Source of the DNA: a candidate division WOR-3 bacterium
Lineage (GTDB): Bacteria; Hydrothermota; 32-111
DNA: 64,000 bases
NCBI GenBank assembly: GCA_037481815.1
Contig: JBBFKX010000003.1
Location: 32,001-96,000 of the forward strand
Direction of reading: 5' to 3'
Shown: positions 20,944 to 30,690 of the stretch, in pieces
How positions within the stretch are numbered: the first letter of the stretch is position 1
Layout of the letters: each line of letters opens with the position of its first letter
Translations under genes and position numbers: made by a program
Notes under the pieces: generated by a model
The model's database searches: none
Seen by the model: the letters and a program-made list of their open reading frames with translations, nothing else
Told to the model about the DNA's origin: nothing

Positions 20944-22149
20944 TTAAAAGATTAGATTAATTAAAAGCGGAATCAAAAGTATTGGTAAAGTTGATGGAAG
21001 AAGTATTCTGTAAACTTTAGACCAATCAGCTTTATAATACTCCCTTGTCAATGACAAACATAGATGGACAGGTGAAAGTAAAACACCGAAAAAACCTGAA
21101 GCATAAAAAAGGGTAAGTTTTATAAAATCAACTGATCCGTTCCCTTGCAAGATGATAGCAGAAACTAAAGGTAAAAGTACTCCAACATATGCTTGGTTCA
21201 CACCCGTAAAAATCCCAACAAGTATAGGTAACATGACAAGTAGTAAATAATATGTTGCCTTGAAATTCTGAAGAACAAGAAAATTATCTTTTATTATCTG
21301 TGAGTTCGAAAAGAAATCTTTAAAGATCATAACTCCGATTATAAGGAATATCATATCGAAAGAGAAAGATTTAAAAAACAGTTCAATCTTTTTTTTAAGA
21401 TCAGTTTTCAGTAAAAGAAGAAAAAGAAAGGAAACCAGAAAAACTACTATTTCCTCTTTTAGATTTGAGAAAAGAATTAAAATGACAATTATAAGAACTG
21501 GAAGAAATCCTTCAACAACATTGAGTAAACTTATTTTTAAAGATCTTTTTCTTTCAACTTTAACATTTTTTAATTTTTTTATGTAAAATATTCCTATAAT
21601 AAAAGCTATTATGGTCAAGTAGAATTGATATTTCATGATCATTCTTATTGGTATATTCAAAATGTTTGAAGTTAAAATCAAACCAGGATATAAAGGCCAG
21701 AAATATTCCCAGATATGTCTGAACCAGTAATTCACAAAAGTTTTCTGTTCTGGTTTTAAATCTATCTGATCTCCCAACTCGTTCACTATTTCTGCTGGGA
21801 AAAGAGCCCCACCTGGCATGGGTAAAAGTCCTATAAACATTGGGGGAAAAATGATAGCATATTTTACATCTCTAAAGATTTCGAGCAAACTATCTGATAA
21901 CTTTTTTATTCCCTTCTCTTTTATAACATTCGAAAGAAGTAAAACTGAATAGATTATCACAACGGTTTTTAATGTTGTATAGGAAGTAATCGATTTGATA
22001 AAAACTTTTTCTATCTCCTTAAACCCTGAATAAAAGAAAATTCCAACAAGAAAAGATGATATTAGAAGAGATATCCCCATGTTGATTTTCAACCTTAAGA
22101 AAAAAACAAAAAGTATTAGAATGAAAAAAATTTTTAACCAGAAAAACAT
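20944..22149 (-). CDS. DUF401 family membrane protein
   Basis: GLLPMPGGA, NYWFRHIWEYFWPLYPG, LSPVHLCL. Confidence 0.88.
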   Translation of the reverse strand: MFFWLKIFFILILFVFFLRLKINMGISLLISSFLVGIFFYSGFKEIEKVFIKSITSYTTLKTVVIIYSVLLLSNVIKEKGIKKLSDSLLEIFRDVKYAIIFPPMFIGLLPMPGGALFPAEIVNELGDQIDLKPEQKTFVNYWFRHIWEYFWPLYPGLILTSNILNIPIRMIMKYQFYLTIIAFIIGIFYIKKLKNVKVERKRSLKISLLNVVEGFLPVLIIVILILFSNLKEEIVVFLVSFLFLLLLKTDLKKKIELFFKSFSFDMIFLIIGVMIFKDFFSNSQIIKDNFLVLQNFKATYYLLLVMLPILVGIFTGVNQAYVGVLLPLVSAIILQGNGSVDFIKLTLFYASGFFGVLLSPVHLCLSLTREYYKADWSKVYRILLPSTLPILLIPLLINLIF

Positions 22150-23063
22150 TATTCTCCTAAGTTTAAAAGTGGAACAAGATTTTTATCAAACGGAAGAATA
22201 ACTATTTTAGAATTCTGTGTATTCAAAAGTTCTTTAAGATTTTGAATATAGTACCATTGCAAATATTGTCTGTTTAATGACTCTGAGATCTTTTTCTGTG
22301 CCTGTGCTATACCTTCAGCTTCAATAAGTTTTCTTTCCTTTTCCTTTTTTTCTTTTTCAAGTATATATATCATTTTTTGAGATTCCTGCTCTGCTGCTAT
22401 TTTTTCATCTATTGCGTTTTTAACTCTTGTTGGAAGGTCTATATTCCTCAACAAAACTTTGTCAACGATTATACCTTTCTCGTTAAGGTTAGCATAAAGT
22501 TCATCAAATATCTTTTTGGATAACTCTTCCCTTTTTTCTGAGAAAATTTCTGAAACGTTGTAAAGAACCGTTGCGTTCCTGATCGAAGTTCTTATCGCTG
22601 GTCTTACGATCTTTTCAACATAGTTTGTCCCAATATTTTGATATACATCAACAGCTTTTACAGGATCGAGTTTATACCAGACGCTTATATCAAGAGAAAT
22701 TGTCAGCCCATCTTTTGTAAGAGATGTTATGGCATCATCACCCTTTTTAACACCTTCTTCTTTCGCAATCGACATTGTATAGTCCTGTGTTCTAACATCC
22801 ATCATAACAACCTGTACCAAAGGAAAAACAAGATGCAATCCATTTTTCAGAACTTTTTTGTCGAGATTACCAAAAAGAATCTGAACACCAACATATCCAG
22901 GTTGAACTATTCTAATTGAACTCATTAGAATAAAAAATAAAAGAAGAGTTGTAAGAACTATAATAAAATTTTTTCTGTTAAAAAAGCGAATCTTAAGACC
23001 AGTGTTATATAATACTATATAACCTATTATCAAAACCACTATCAGAAAAATTACAAAAAACAT
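22149..23063 (-). CDS. SPFH/prohibitin (band 7) family protein
   Basis: N-terminal TM segments, VQPGYVGV, LLRNIDLP, AIDEKIAAEQ, IEAEGIA. Confidence 0.9.
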   Translation of the reverse strand: MFFVIFLIVVLIIGYIVLYNTGLKIRFFNRKNFIIVLTTLLLFFILMSSIRIVQPGYVGVQILFGNLDKKVLKNGLHLVFPLVQVVMMDVRTQDYTMSIAKEEGVKKGDDAITSLTKDGLTISLDISVWYKLDPVKAVDVYQNIGTNYVEKIVRPAIRTSIRNATVLYNVSEIFSEKREELSKKIFDELYANLNEKGIIVDKVLLRNIDLPTRVKNAIDEKIAAEQESQKMIYILEKEKKEKERKLIEAEGIAQAQKKISESLNRQYLQWYYIQNLKELLNTQNSKIVILPFDKNLVPLLNLGE

Positions 23064-23663
23064 TTATCCTCCTTTTTTGATTTTATTAAAGATTTCCCGT
23101 ACATCTTCAAAATCAAAACCCTTTCTGTAATATTTTTGAACAAGTTTTTCATCAAAGTTTTTTTCTCTTCTTAATAAGTTTTCAAGAATATTTCTTTCAT
23201 CGTAATCATCGAGAGATTCCTTTAAAAAAACACTATCAAAAACTTTTTTGAATTTTAAAAAAAGTTTAGATTCTATTTCCTTTTTTGAATATTTTCGCTG
23301 AGATTTCAAATAATCCAGATAATCTTTTATGTATTCTCCATCATCGATTAACCCATTTGCTTTAAACTCTTCCAACAATCTTTCGATTATTTCTCTGTCA
23401 ACCTTTCTCAAAAAAAGTTTTTCCCTGATCTGGTTTTCCGTGTACCTTCTTTTTGAAAGTATTCTGTAAAGATATCTCTTTGAGTCAAAAATCTGTGTTT
23501 CTTTTTCAACGGAATCAATCCAGTTATCATCTACATCCTTTCCAGTAAAAATATCGAATTTTATCAAAAGTTGATCGTATGTTGAAAAAGAATATTCTCC
23601 ATCAACAAAAACATTGACTTTCTCTTTATTTTTCTTTGCTCTCTCGATTTTTGTTATCTTCAA
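23064..23663 (-). CDS. recX: Regulatory protein RecX
   Basis: Directly downstream of rec[25 protein letters not shown]. Confidence 0.85.
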   Translation of the reverse strand: MKITKIERAKKNKEKVNVFVDGEYSFSTYDQLLIKFDIFTGKDVDDNWIDSVEKETQIFDSKRYLYRILSKRRYTENQIREKLFLRKVDREIIERLLEEFKANGLIDDGEYIKDYLDYLKSQRKYSKKEIESKLFLKFKKVFDSVFLKESLDDYDERNILENLLRREKNFDEKLVQKYYRKGFDFEDVREIFNKIKKGG

Positions 23664-24651
23664 CTATCATCCCCAGTGCTTTTCTTATTTTTAATTCGAT
23701 CTCATCAGCAACTTTTTTATTTTCTTTTAAAAACTGCCTTACATTCTCTTTTCCCTGACCGAGTTTTATATCACCGTAGGAAAACCATGCACCAGTTTTT
23801 TCAATAATGTTTAAACTCGTTCCAAGATCAACGATTTCACCATCTTTAGATATACCTTCTCCAAAATATATTGATACAAGAGCTTTTTTGAAAGGTGGGG
23901 CAACTTTGTTTTTAACGACTTTAACCTCTATGTTGTTTCCAACCTCATCCTCACCAACTTTAATTGAACTTATCCTTCTTACTTCCAATCTAACCGATGC
24001 ATGGAATTTAAGAGCTAATCCTCCAGGAGTTGTCATCGGGTTTCCAAACATAACTCCTATTTTGTATCTAACCTGATTGATGAATATCACAGCTGTTTTG
24101 GATCTGTTGATAACTGCTGTCAACTTTCTCAACGCCTGAGACATCAACCTTGCCTGTAATCCCATATGCGAATCACCCATATCACCCTCTATCTCGGCTT
24201 TTGGAACAAGAGCAGCAACAGAATCTATCACAACAACATCTATACTTCCACTGCTGACCAGTTTTTCTGTTATCTCAAGTGCTTGTTCACCAGTATCAGG
24301 TTGGGATACAAGGAGATTGTCTATATCTACTCCTATCTTTGTAGCGTACACAGGATCAAGAGCATGCTCTGCATCTATATATGCTGCCATTCCTCCGTTC
24401 TTCTGTGCCTGAGCCACAACCTGTAACGCAAGGGTTGTTTTTCCACTCGATTCTGCTCCATATATTTCAACGATTCTTCCTCTCGGAATACCACCAACAC
24501 CAAGTGCAGCGTCTATCGCTATTGAACCGGTTGAAATGATATCTCCTGCCATCATCGCTTTATCACCAAGACGCATTATCGCACCTTTTCCAAAATCCTT
24601 TTCTATCTGTTTGAGTGTCATTTCAAGAGATTTCATTTTGTTATTATCCAT
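23626..24651 (-). CDS. recA: Recombinase A
   Basis: [38 protein letters not shown]; no intein. Confidence 0.99.
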   Translation of the reverse strand: MDNNKMKSLEMTLKQIEKDFGKGAIMRLGDKAMMAGDIISTGSIAIDAALGVGGIPRGRIVEIYGAESSGKTTLALQVVAQAQKNGGMAAYIDAEHALDPVYATKIGVDIDNLLVSQPDTGEQALEITEKLVSSGSIDVVVIDSVAALVPKAEIEGDMGDSHMGLQARLMSQALRKLTAVINRSKTAVIFINQVRYKIGVMFGNPMTTPGGLALKFHASVRLEVRRISSIKVGEDEVGNNIEVKVVKNKVAPPFKKALVSIYFGEGISKDGEIVDLGTSLNIIEKTGAWFSYGDIKLGQGKENVRQFLKENKKVADEIELKIRKALGMIVEDNKNRESKEK

Positions 24652-24653
24652 AT

Positions 24654-25220
24654 CTATACCTCCTGATTTATTTCATGTAATGGAATATATATTGGTTGGT
24701 TATCAACAAATTTTGATTCATACAAAACAAGTGCGCTGATCGAATATCTTTTCGGTTCAAAAAAAGTTTTCTTTTCATTTACAAACCTGTACAACAGATT
24801 TCCATCATATTCCTCTTTTATCCTGGCGATAGTTATATGTGCGTTGAATCCTTTTCTGTCAAAGTCGATCCCTTTTTTTATAAGATTTTCCCTTATCGAT
24901 CCAACTGTATCTTTAAGTTCATCTGACACTTCAAGAGAGTAGAAAAATATTGCTGGATAGTTATTTTTATTGAAGAATTTTAAACCTTCACCTTTCAACT
25001 GCATCGATCTAAAATTAACAGAGTTCATGACCTCGACTATTTGAGGAACGATCTTTTCGTCAACCTGACCCAAAAATGCAACGGTTATATGCATATTTTC
25101 CGGTTTAACCCAGTTAACACCTTTAAGATCAAGATTGTTTTTTATCTTGTGTTGAACAAGCAAAAGTTCATTCTTCAGATCTGATGGAATTTTAAAAGCG
25201 ATGAATAATCTTTTACTCAT
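24654..25220 (-). CDS. thpR: RNA 2',3'-cyclic phosphodiesterase (2H family)
   Basis: RLFIA and two HxT motifs ([14 protein letters not shown]). Confidence 0.92.
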   Translation of the reverse strand: MSKRLFIAFKIPSDLKNELLLVQHKIKNNLDLKGVNWVKPENMHITVAFLGQVDEKIVPQIVEVMNSVNFRSMQLKGEGLKFFNKNNYPAIFFYSLEVSDELKDTVGSIRENLIKKGIDFDRKGFNAHITIARIKEEYDGNLLYRFVNEKKTFFEPKRYSISALVLYESKFVDNQPIYIPLHEINQEV

Positions 25221-26400
25221 CCTTTATCCTCCTTAAAATTGAAAACATTGACAGGTTAACTGATTTTTGTCTCACGATATCTCTGCTTCCTGTGAAAATG
25301 TATTTTTCAGTTTTAACTATATCTCTATAAAAGGTTGAAATGAACACGGTTCCCACCGGTTTCTCAACGCTCCCACCAGAAGGCCCAGCTATACCTGTTA
25401 TCGAAACGGAAAGATCAGAGTTAAAAATTTTAGCACAGTTTTTTGCCATCACAAATGAAACTTCTTTCGAAACAGCACCATATTTTTTCAAAATTTTTTC
25501 ATCAACTCTCAACAAAACATTTTTTGAATCGTTTGAATAAACTACAACTCCCCCAAGAAAAAAACTACTCGATCCTTCAATATCGGTTAACCTTTTTGCT
25601 AAAAAACCACCTGTACACGATTCTGCAACAGAGAGCGTTAAATTTTTTCTTTCGAACTCTTCCTTTAAATACAGAACCAAATTTTTTGTTCCGGTTTCCA
25701 AGAAATTGTTAGAAAATTTTATTTTTAAAAATTTTAAAATCTCTTTATCAGGGAAAAAAAGATCTATAAACCCAAAAGATGGATAAAAATGAACATTCGA
25801 TAACCGTTTTGAATTAAATTTTTCTTTCAAAACCTGGTAGATATAGCTTTCCGTTGTATTGAAGATCTTCAGGTTATACTCTTCTTCTTTTTTTTGTTGA
25901 TCGGGAATCAATTTTTCAAGGATATTCACTACTATCCACTCTACTTCTCTTACCACACCAGGTAACAAAAATATTTTAACCTTACCAGATTTCAAAAAGT
26001 GACAGAACGCTATACCTGCTTCGTTTTCAAAAACTTTTGAACCTTCTATTATTCTCGATTGTTTTTTAACTATATCTTCCGAAACATTTTTCATCTTTTG
26101 TGAAACTTTTCTAAAAATCTCCTCAGAAAAAATAACTTCTCTTTTTAAAGATCTAGCAACAGCATCAAGTGTTATGTCATCAGGTGTTGGGCCAAGTCCA
26201 CCGGTTATCACTATAAAGTTTGAATTTTTTAGTGAAAACTTCAAAATCTTATCGATATTTTTGTAATCATCTCCTACGATGAATTTCCCTATAACATCAT
26301 ACCCTTTTTTAATGAAAAAATCTGAAATGATTTTTGAGTTACTCTCCGTAACTCTATTTTTCAAAATTTCGTCTCCAACGATTAATATGGATACTTTCAT
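25213..26400 (-). CDS. cinA: Competence/damage-inducible protein CinA (MocF-like + NMN deamidase)
   Basis: VGDEIL, TGGLGPTPDDIT, VAESCTGG, SITGIAGPSGGS. Confidence 0.93.
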   Translation of the reverse strand: MKVSILIVGDEILKNRVTESNSKIISDFFIKKGYDVIGKFIVGDDYKNIDKILKFSLKNSNFIVITGGLGPTPDDITLDAVARSLKREVIFSEEIFRKVSQKMKNVSEDIVKKQSRIIEGSKVFENEAGIAFCHFLKSGKVKIFLLPGVVREVEWIVVNILEKLIPDQQKKEEEYNLKIFNTTESYIYQVLKEKFNSKRLSNVHFYPSFGFIDLFFPDKEILKFLKIKFSNNFLETGTKNLVLYLKEEFERKNLTLSVAESCTGGFLAKRLTDIEGSSSFFLGGVVVYSNDSKNVLLRVDEKILKKYGAVSKEVSFVMAKNCAKIFNSDLSVSITGIAGPSGGSVEKPVGTVFISTFYRDIVKTEKYIFTGSRDIVRQKSVNLSMFSILRRIKDE

Positions 26401-26837
26401 ATAACCAAGATTATCAAATGTGTTATAAGATTTGCAAAAATACCGGCCATTATATCATCAAGTATTATTCCTGTTGGCCCTTCAATATTTTCAAATTTCT
26501 CAAGGTAGAATATTTTTGCAATATCAAGATACCTGAAGATCAGAATCGAAAAAAACATGATAAAAAAATTTTTAGGCAAAAACATAATAGAAATGATCGC
26601 TCCAAGAAGTTCATCAACAACTATTCTTGTGTCATCTCCAGAAAATTTTTTTGAATTGGATATACTCACATAGGAAACAAAAAGGGTAAACACAAAAAAA
26701 TAGTAGATAATCAAAAAATTAACATTCTGGGAAAAAAACAAAAACAAAAAGAAAAGAAAGGACACAATTGTTCCACCACCTTTGATATAACCAACAAAAC
26801 ATACTGTATTAACAATTGAATAGAAAATCTCTATCAT
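26397..26837 (-). CDS. pgpA: Phosphatidylglycerophosphatase A
   Basis: IVVDELLG, FRYLDIAK, ILDDIMAG; canonical pgpA-cinA-thpR-recA order. Confidence 0.85.
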   Translation of the reverse strand: MIEIFYSIVNTVCFVGYIKGGGTIVSFLFFLFLFFSQNVNFLIIYYFFVFTLFVSYVSISNSKKFSGDDTRIVVDELLGAIISIMFLPKNFFIMFFSILIFRYLDIAKIFYLEKFENIEGPTGIILDDIMAGIFANLITHLIILVI

Positions 26838-27571
26838 CTGTAGATTTCTGGAATCTTTTTGAGTTCTTTTATCTCTTCCTGTGAAAAAAGTGAAAGATAA
26901 TTCAAGATTATTATTATTCTTTTTTCGTTCTTAAAAATTCCAACACCTTCTATGTATTTTAACTTTTCCTCAGGTAAAAAAGGTGGGATTTTTTTTATAT
27001 CCGATTTTTCCATTTTTACTATACCGATGAGTTTATCAACATAAAACCCTATCCTTAGTTCATCGAGTTTCATTATAACTATCGATCCATTTTCACTTCT
27101 CTTATTTATTTTTAAGCCAAATTTCTCTCTGAGATCGAACAGAGGAAGAAAGCCCTCTTTGTCATTTAACACCCCAAAGAAACTTTTACTTTTTATTCCA
27201 AGATCGAGTGGATCTTTGTATTTAATGATCTGTTTTACAAGATCTGAATCTATACCATACTCTTCTTCATTCAATTTAAAAGAAACGTATTCCTTTTCAT
27301 CTTCAAATTCATTCTCTTTTTTTGAAACTTTTTTTTCTACCAGAAAAATTTTTTCTTCATCTTTTTGCTCAACATTTTTTAATTCTTTGATATTTTCATC
27401 TAAAACATTCTCTTTTTCATAACTAAAATTTTCCTCTTTGATCTCTTCTGTCTCTAATCTTTCAGTTTTCAAAGGTTCGATTTCATTTTGTTCCTTGACT
27501 TTCTCCTTTTTATCTTCAGGTTTTTGTCTACCGCTTTTAAAAAGAGAAGAAAGGTCAACTTTCTTTTTCAT
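26834..27571 (-). CDS. cheW: CheW coupling protein with ~90 aa charged N-terminal extension
   Basis: YVSFKLNEEEYGI, FGVLN, LPLFDLREKFGL, GFYVD. Confidence 0.85.
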   Translation of the reverse strand: MKKKVDLSSLFKSGRQKPEDKKEKVKEQNEIEPLKTERLETEEIKEENFSYEKENVLDENIKELKNVEQKDEEKIFLVEKKVSKKENEFEDEKEYVSFKLNEEEYGIDSDLVKQIIKYKDPLDLGIKSKSFFGVLNDKEGFLPLFDLREKFGLKINKRSENGSIVIMKLDELRIGFYVDKLIGIVKMEKSDIKKIPPFLPEEKLKYIEGVGIFKNEKRIIIILNYLSLFSQEEIKELKKIPEIYR

Positions 27572-28400
27572 ATTTTTCCCCCAGAATCTCTTTTAATTTG
27601 ATTTCAGCTTTTTGAGCCCATTTACTGAATCTGTTCTTTTTTATCAGTTCTTTTAAAACTGTAATTCCTTTTTTTTCCATTCCAGCAGAGATATAAACTA
27701 GACCAAGATAATAGTAGGCTTCAAGGTGGTTTGGTCCAAGTTGTATCGTATCTTTGAGAAATTTTATAGAATCATCATACATCTCTCTTTCCATATAGAT
27801 AAGGCCAAGATAAAAATTAGCATACATCAAAGCAACCCTGTCCTTTGAGTTTTTCAGAACATATGTTAAATGTTCTATCGCTTCTCCATATATGCCTTTT
27901 TTGAAACAGACAAAACCAAGATTATTTTTAGCAATAGAGTTTTCAGGGTCTATCTGTAAAACTTTTTGAAAAACTATCATCGCATCATCATATCTCTCTT
28001 TGTTTATATATGCCCATCCTAAAAGATCAAGGGTTTTAACATCTTTCGGAGCAAGAGAACTCGCTTTTTCGAGAACTTCTATTGCATCATCATATTGTTC
28101 TTCAACAAGGAAATTCCATCCTTTGTCTATGTACGTTGATAGATCAACTTTGGATATTCTAATGTTTTGAACAAAATTTTCAAATGTACTTTTATCCATT
28201 TTTTTTGTTTTTAACTTTTTTGCCAGTTCCTTTATTTTTATGTCAGCCTGCACCAGAAAATCGTTGAGTTCCAATATCTCTTTATGAAGATTTATTATTT
28301 GATTTTTAATATTTTTTTCATCATAAGAATTTGCATCGATTTGAGATGATAAAATGTCTATCTCTTTTTCAAGATCTTTTTTAAATTCTTTAAATTTCAT
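27555..28400 (-). CDS. Coiled-coil + TPR protein
   Basis: N-terminal heptads, then TPRs (LLGWAYIN, NNLGFVCFKKG, YYLGLVY). Confidence 0.85.
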   Translation of the reverse strand: MKFKEFKKDLEKEIDILSSQIDANSYDEKNIKNQIINLHKEILELNDFLVQADIKIKELAKKLKTKKMDKSTFENFVQNIRISKVDLSTYIDKGWNFLVEEQYDDAIEVLEKASSLAPKDVKTLDLLGWAYINKERYDDAMIVFQKVLQIDPENSIAKNNLGFVCFKKGIYGEAIEHLTYVLKNSKDRVALMYANFYLGLIYMEREMYDDSIKFLKDTIQLGPNHLEAYYYLGLVYISAGMEKKGITVLKELIKKNRFSKWAQKAEIKLKEILGEKYEKES

Positions 28401-29421
28401 TTAAAAGTTCCTCTATCTTTTTTGCTATATCCTTTCTATCTAAAACAAAATCTACAGCACCTGTTTCCTCAGCAGATTTTGGCATTCCATAGATAAGTGC
28501 ACTCTCTTTTGATTCAACGATATTCTTTCCATTCATTTTTTTTATAATTTTAACACCTTCGCTTCCATCTTTACCCATTCCTGTCAGAACAACTCCAATA
28601 ATTCTGTTTTTAAAATATTTTACTGCTGAGATCATCATTATATCAGCGGATGGACGAACCGAATGGTATGGAGGATCATCCGTATGTATAATGTATCCAT
28701 TTTCATCAAACACCATGTGCTTTCCACCCTGTGCTATAACACAATCACCGTTAAGGAGTTTACAGTTATCGTAAGATTCAAAAACATTCAAATTGGATAT
28801 CGAATCAAGTCGTTCAGCAAAGGACTTTGTAAAACCAGCAGGCATATGTTGAACTATCGCAATCGCTCCATTTATATCACTCTTTATCTTAGGAATTATA
28901 TCCATCAGTGACTTAGGACCTCCTGTTGAAGATGCTATGGCTACAAGTCTTGTGGCTTCAACCCTTTTTTCTTTAAAAACTTTTTCACTTTTTTCAGTTT
29001 CCAAAACCACTTGATTCAAACTCAGAAGATTCGCCTTTAACCCTGTTTTCAATTTTACCAGAATTTCATTCTTCTTATCCTTATAATCTAAAGAGGATGG
29101 TTTCTCAACAACATCAATCGCACCAAGTTCAAGTGCTTTCAACGCTATCTTCGATCCAGTTTTTGTATATGAACTAACTATTAGAACCGGCAAACTTTTT
29201 ATCCTCAGAATATGTTGAAGTGCTATAAGACCGTTCACTTTTGGCATCTCTATATCAAGTGTCACAATATCAGGATCAAGTTCTTTTATTTTATCTATCG
29301 CTTCAAGACCATCACTCGCCTCACCAACCACTTCAAAATCATCATCTGAACTTATTATATCTTTTAAAATTCTTCTGATCAAAGCAGAATCATCAACCAC
29401 AAGGACTTTAAATTTTTTCAA
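28390..29421 (-). CDS. cheB: Chemotaxis methylesterase/glutaminase CheB (REC + catalytic domain)
   Basis: VVDDS, TLDIEMP, SSTGGP, QHMP, LTGMGKDG; catalytic triad intact. Confidence 0.96.
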   Translation of the reverse strand: MKKFKVLVVDDSALIRRILKDIISSDDDFEVVGEASDGLEAIDKIKELDPDIVTLDIEMPKVNGLIALQHILRIKSLPVLIVSSYTKTGSKIALKALELGAIDVVEKPSSLDYKDKKNEILVKLKTGLKANLLSLNQVVLETEKSEKVFKEKRVEATRLVAIASSTGGPKSLMDIIPKIKSDINGAIAIVQHMPAGFTKSFAERLDSISNLNVFESYDNCKLLNGDCVIAQGGKHMVFDENGYIIHTDDPPYHSVRPSADIMMISAVKYFKNRIIGVVLTGMGKDGSEGVKIIKKMNGKNIVESKESALIYGMPKSAEETGAVDFVLDRKDIAKKIEELLNEI

Positions 29422-29897
29422 ATGAAAATCTCCCCATTTTTAAAAGAAATCACTCTTATGATACCATTTTTCACTGTAAATTCAACTGATCTACTATAAT
29501 CGCTTCCTACATCTTCTGCAACGATTGGAATCCTTAATTCTTTTAACATTTTCCTTGCAATTTCAACATTTCTATATCCTATAGAATCTTCAACACTCTT
29601 TATGAAAGTGGAAAACATGTTTGCACCACCAACAATTTTTGATTCCATTCTATACTTTTTTGCACCGAGCTGCTCCATCTCCAAAATAAGGTTTGGAAGT
29701 CCACTATCACAGTATTTATAAGGATTAAAAACAACATTCGAATAGGTTCGTGAAGGTAACATGTAATGGATCATTCCTCCTATTTTTTTTTCTCTATCAA
29801 ATAAAGTTAAAGCAACGCATGACCCAAGACCTATCGTTTTTAAAACATCATCTTCAAAACCTATATTCGCATCAGCTATCTTTATGTTGATTATCAA
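29418..29897 (-). CDS. cheD: Chemoreceptor glutamine deamidase CheD
   Basis: GLGSCV, HYMLP, KIVGGANMF, IGYRN, EDVG. Confidence 0.93.
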   Translation of the reverse strand: MIINIKIADANIGFEDDVLKTIGLGSCVALTLFDREKKIGGMIHYMLPSRTYSNVVFNPYKYCDSGLPNLILEMEQLGAKKYRMESKIVGGANMFSTFIKSVEDSIGYRNVEIARKMLKELRIPIVAEDVGSDYSRSVEFTVKNGIIRVISFKNGEIFI

Positions 29898-30690
29898 TTT
29901 TTTTAAAAACCCTCTCTTTAATGTTTATTGGTTTATAAAGTGCTTTTGTGTTACCTGTTAAAATTTCGACCTTTCCAAGTATAAGATAACCCTCTGGAAA
30001 TAAAAGTTCATAGAACACGTTAAAAATCTTTTCCTGAAACTCCTTTGAAAAATAGATGAGCACATTTCTACATATTATAAAATCAAATTTTCCAAGAGTA
30101 AAGAGTATATTTTCTTCTTTAATATCAACAAGTTTAAAATAAACATTCTCTTTCAACGATTCATCTATGGAATAGTAATCTCCCATCTTTTTAAAATATC
30201 TGTTGATCTCACTTTCGGTTAATTCTATAAGAGAATAATCTTTGTAAAGTCCTATATTAGCTTTTTTTATAGCATCTTCATCAACATCGATCCCAACTAT
30301 CTCATAATTGAATTCATTTTTTATTCTTAACCTTTTCATGATCATATCCAAAGAATAAACCTCCTCCCCAGTAGAACACCCCACACTCAAAATCCTTATC
30401 CTTTTCTTTTTTTTTATGATTTCAGGGAAGATAACCTCTTCAAGATAATCAAAGGTTTCTCTATTTCGAAAAAATCTTGTAACATTGATTGTTAATGTTT
30501 CTTTCAATATGTTTAATTCATCTCTATCACTTTTTAAAAATTGTAAATACTCCATAAAAGTTTTTTTGCCGGTTGCCCTCATTCTGACCATAAGCCTTCT
30601 TTTGAAAGGTCTCTCTTTATAAATATTACCATCGATACCAATTTTTTGGCTTATGTAGTCAACAAGAATTTTATAATCTATTTCATCCAT
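29872..30690 (-). CDS. cheR: Chemotaxis methyltransferase CheR
   Basis: TINVTRFFRN, GCSTGEEVYS, FDFIICRNVLIYF. Confidence 0.95.
   Translation of the reverse strand: MDEIDYKILVDYISQKIGIDGNIYKERPFKRRLMVRMRATGKKTFMEYLQFLKSDRDELNILKETLTINVTRFFRNRETFDYLEEVIFPEIIKKKKRIRILSVGCSTGEEVYSLDMIMKRLRIKNEFNYEIVGIDVDEDAIKKANIGLYKDYSLIELTESEINRYFKKMGDYYSIDESLKENVYFKLVDIKEENILFTLGKFDFIICRNVLIYFSKEFQEKIFNVFYELLFPEGYLILGKVEILTGNTKALYKPINIKERVFKKIDNQHKDS

Noticed and set aside
24652..24720. LexA/SOS box before recA
   Set aside because: Only 2 nt of intergenic space and no convincing palindrome; the lineage's SOS motif is unknown to me.
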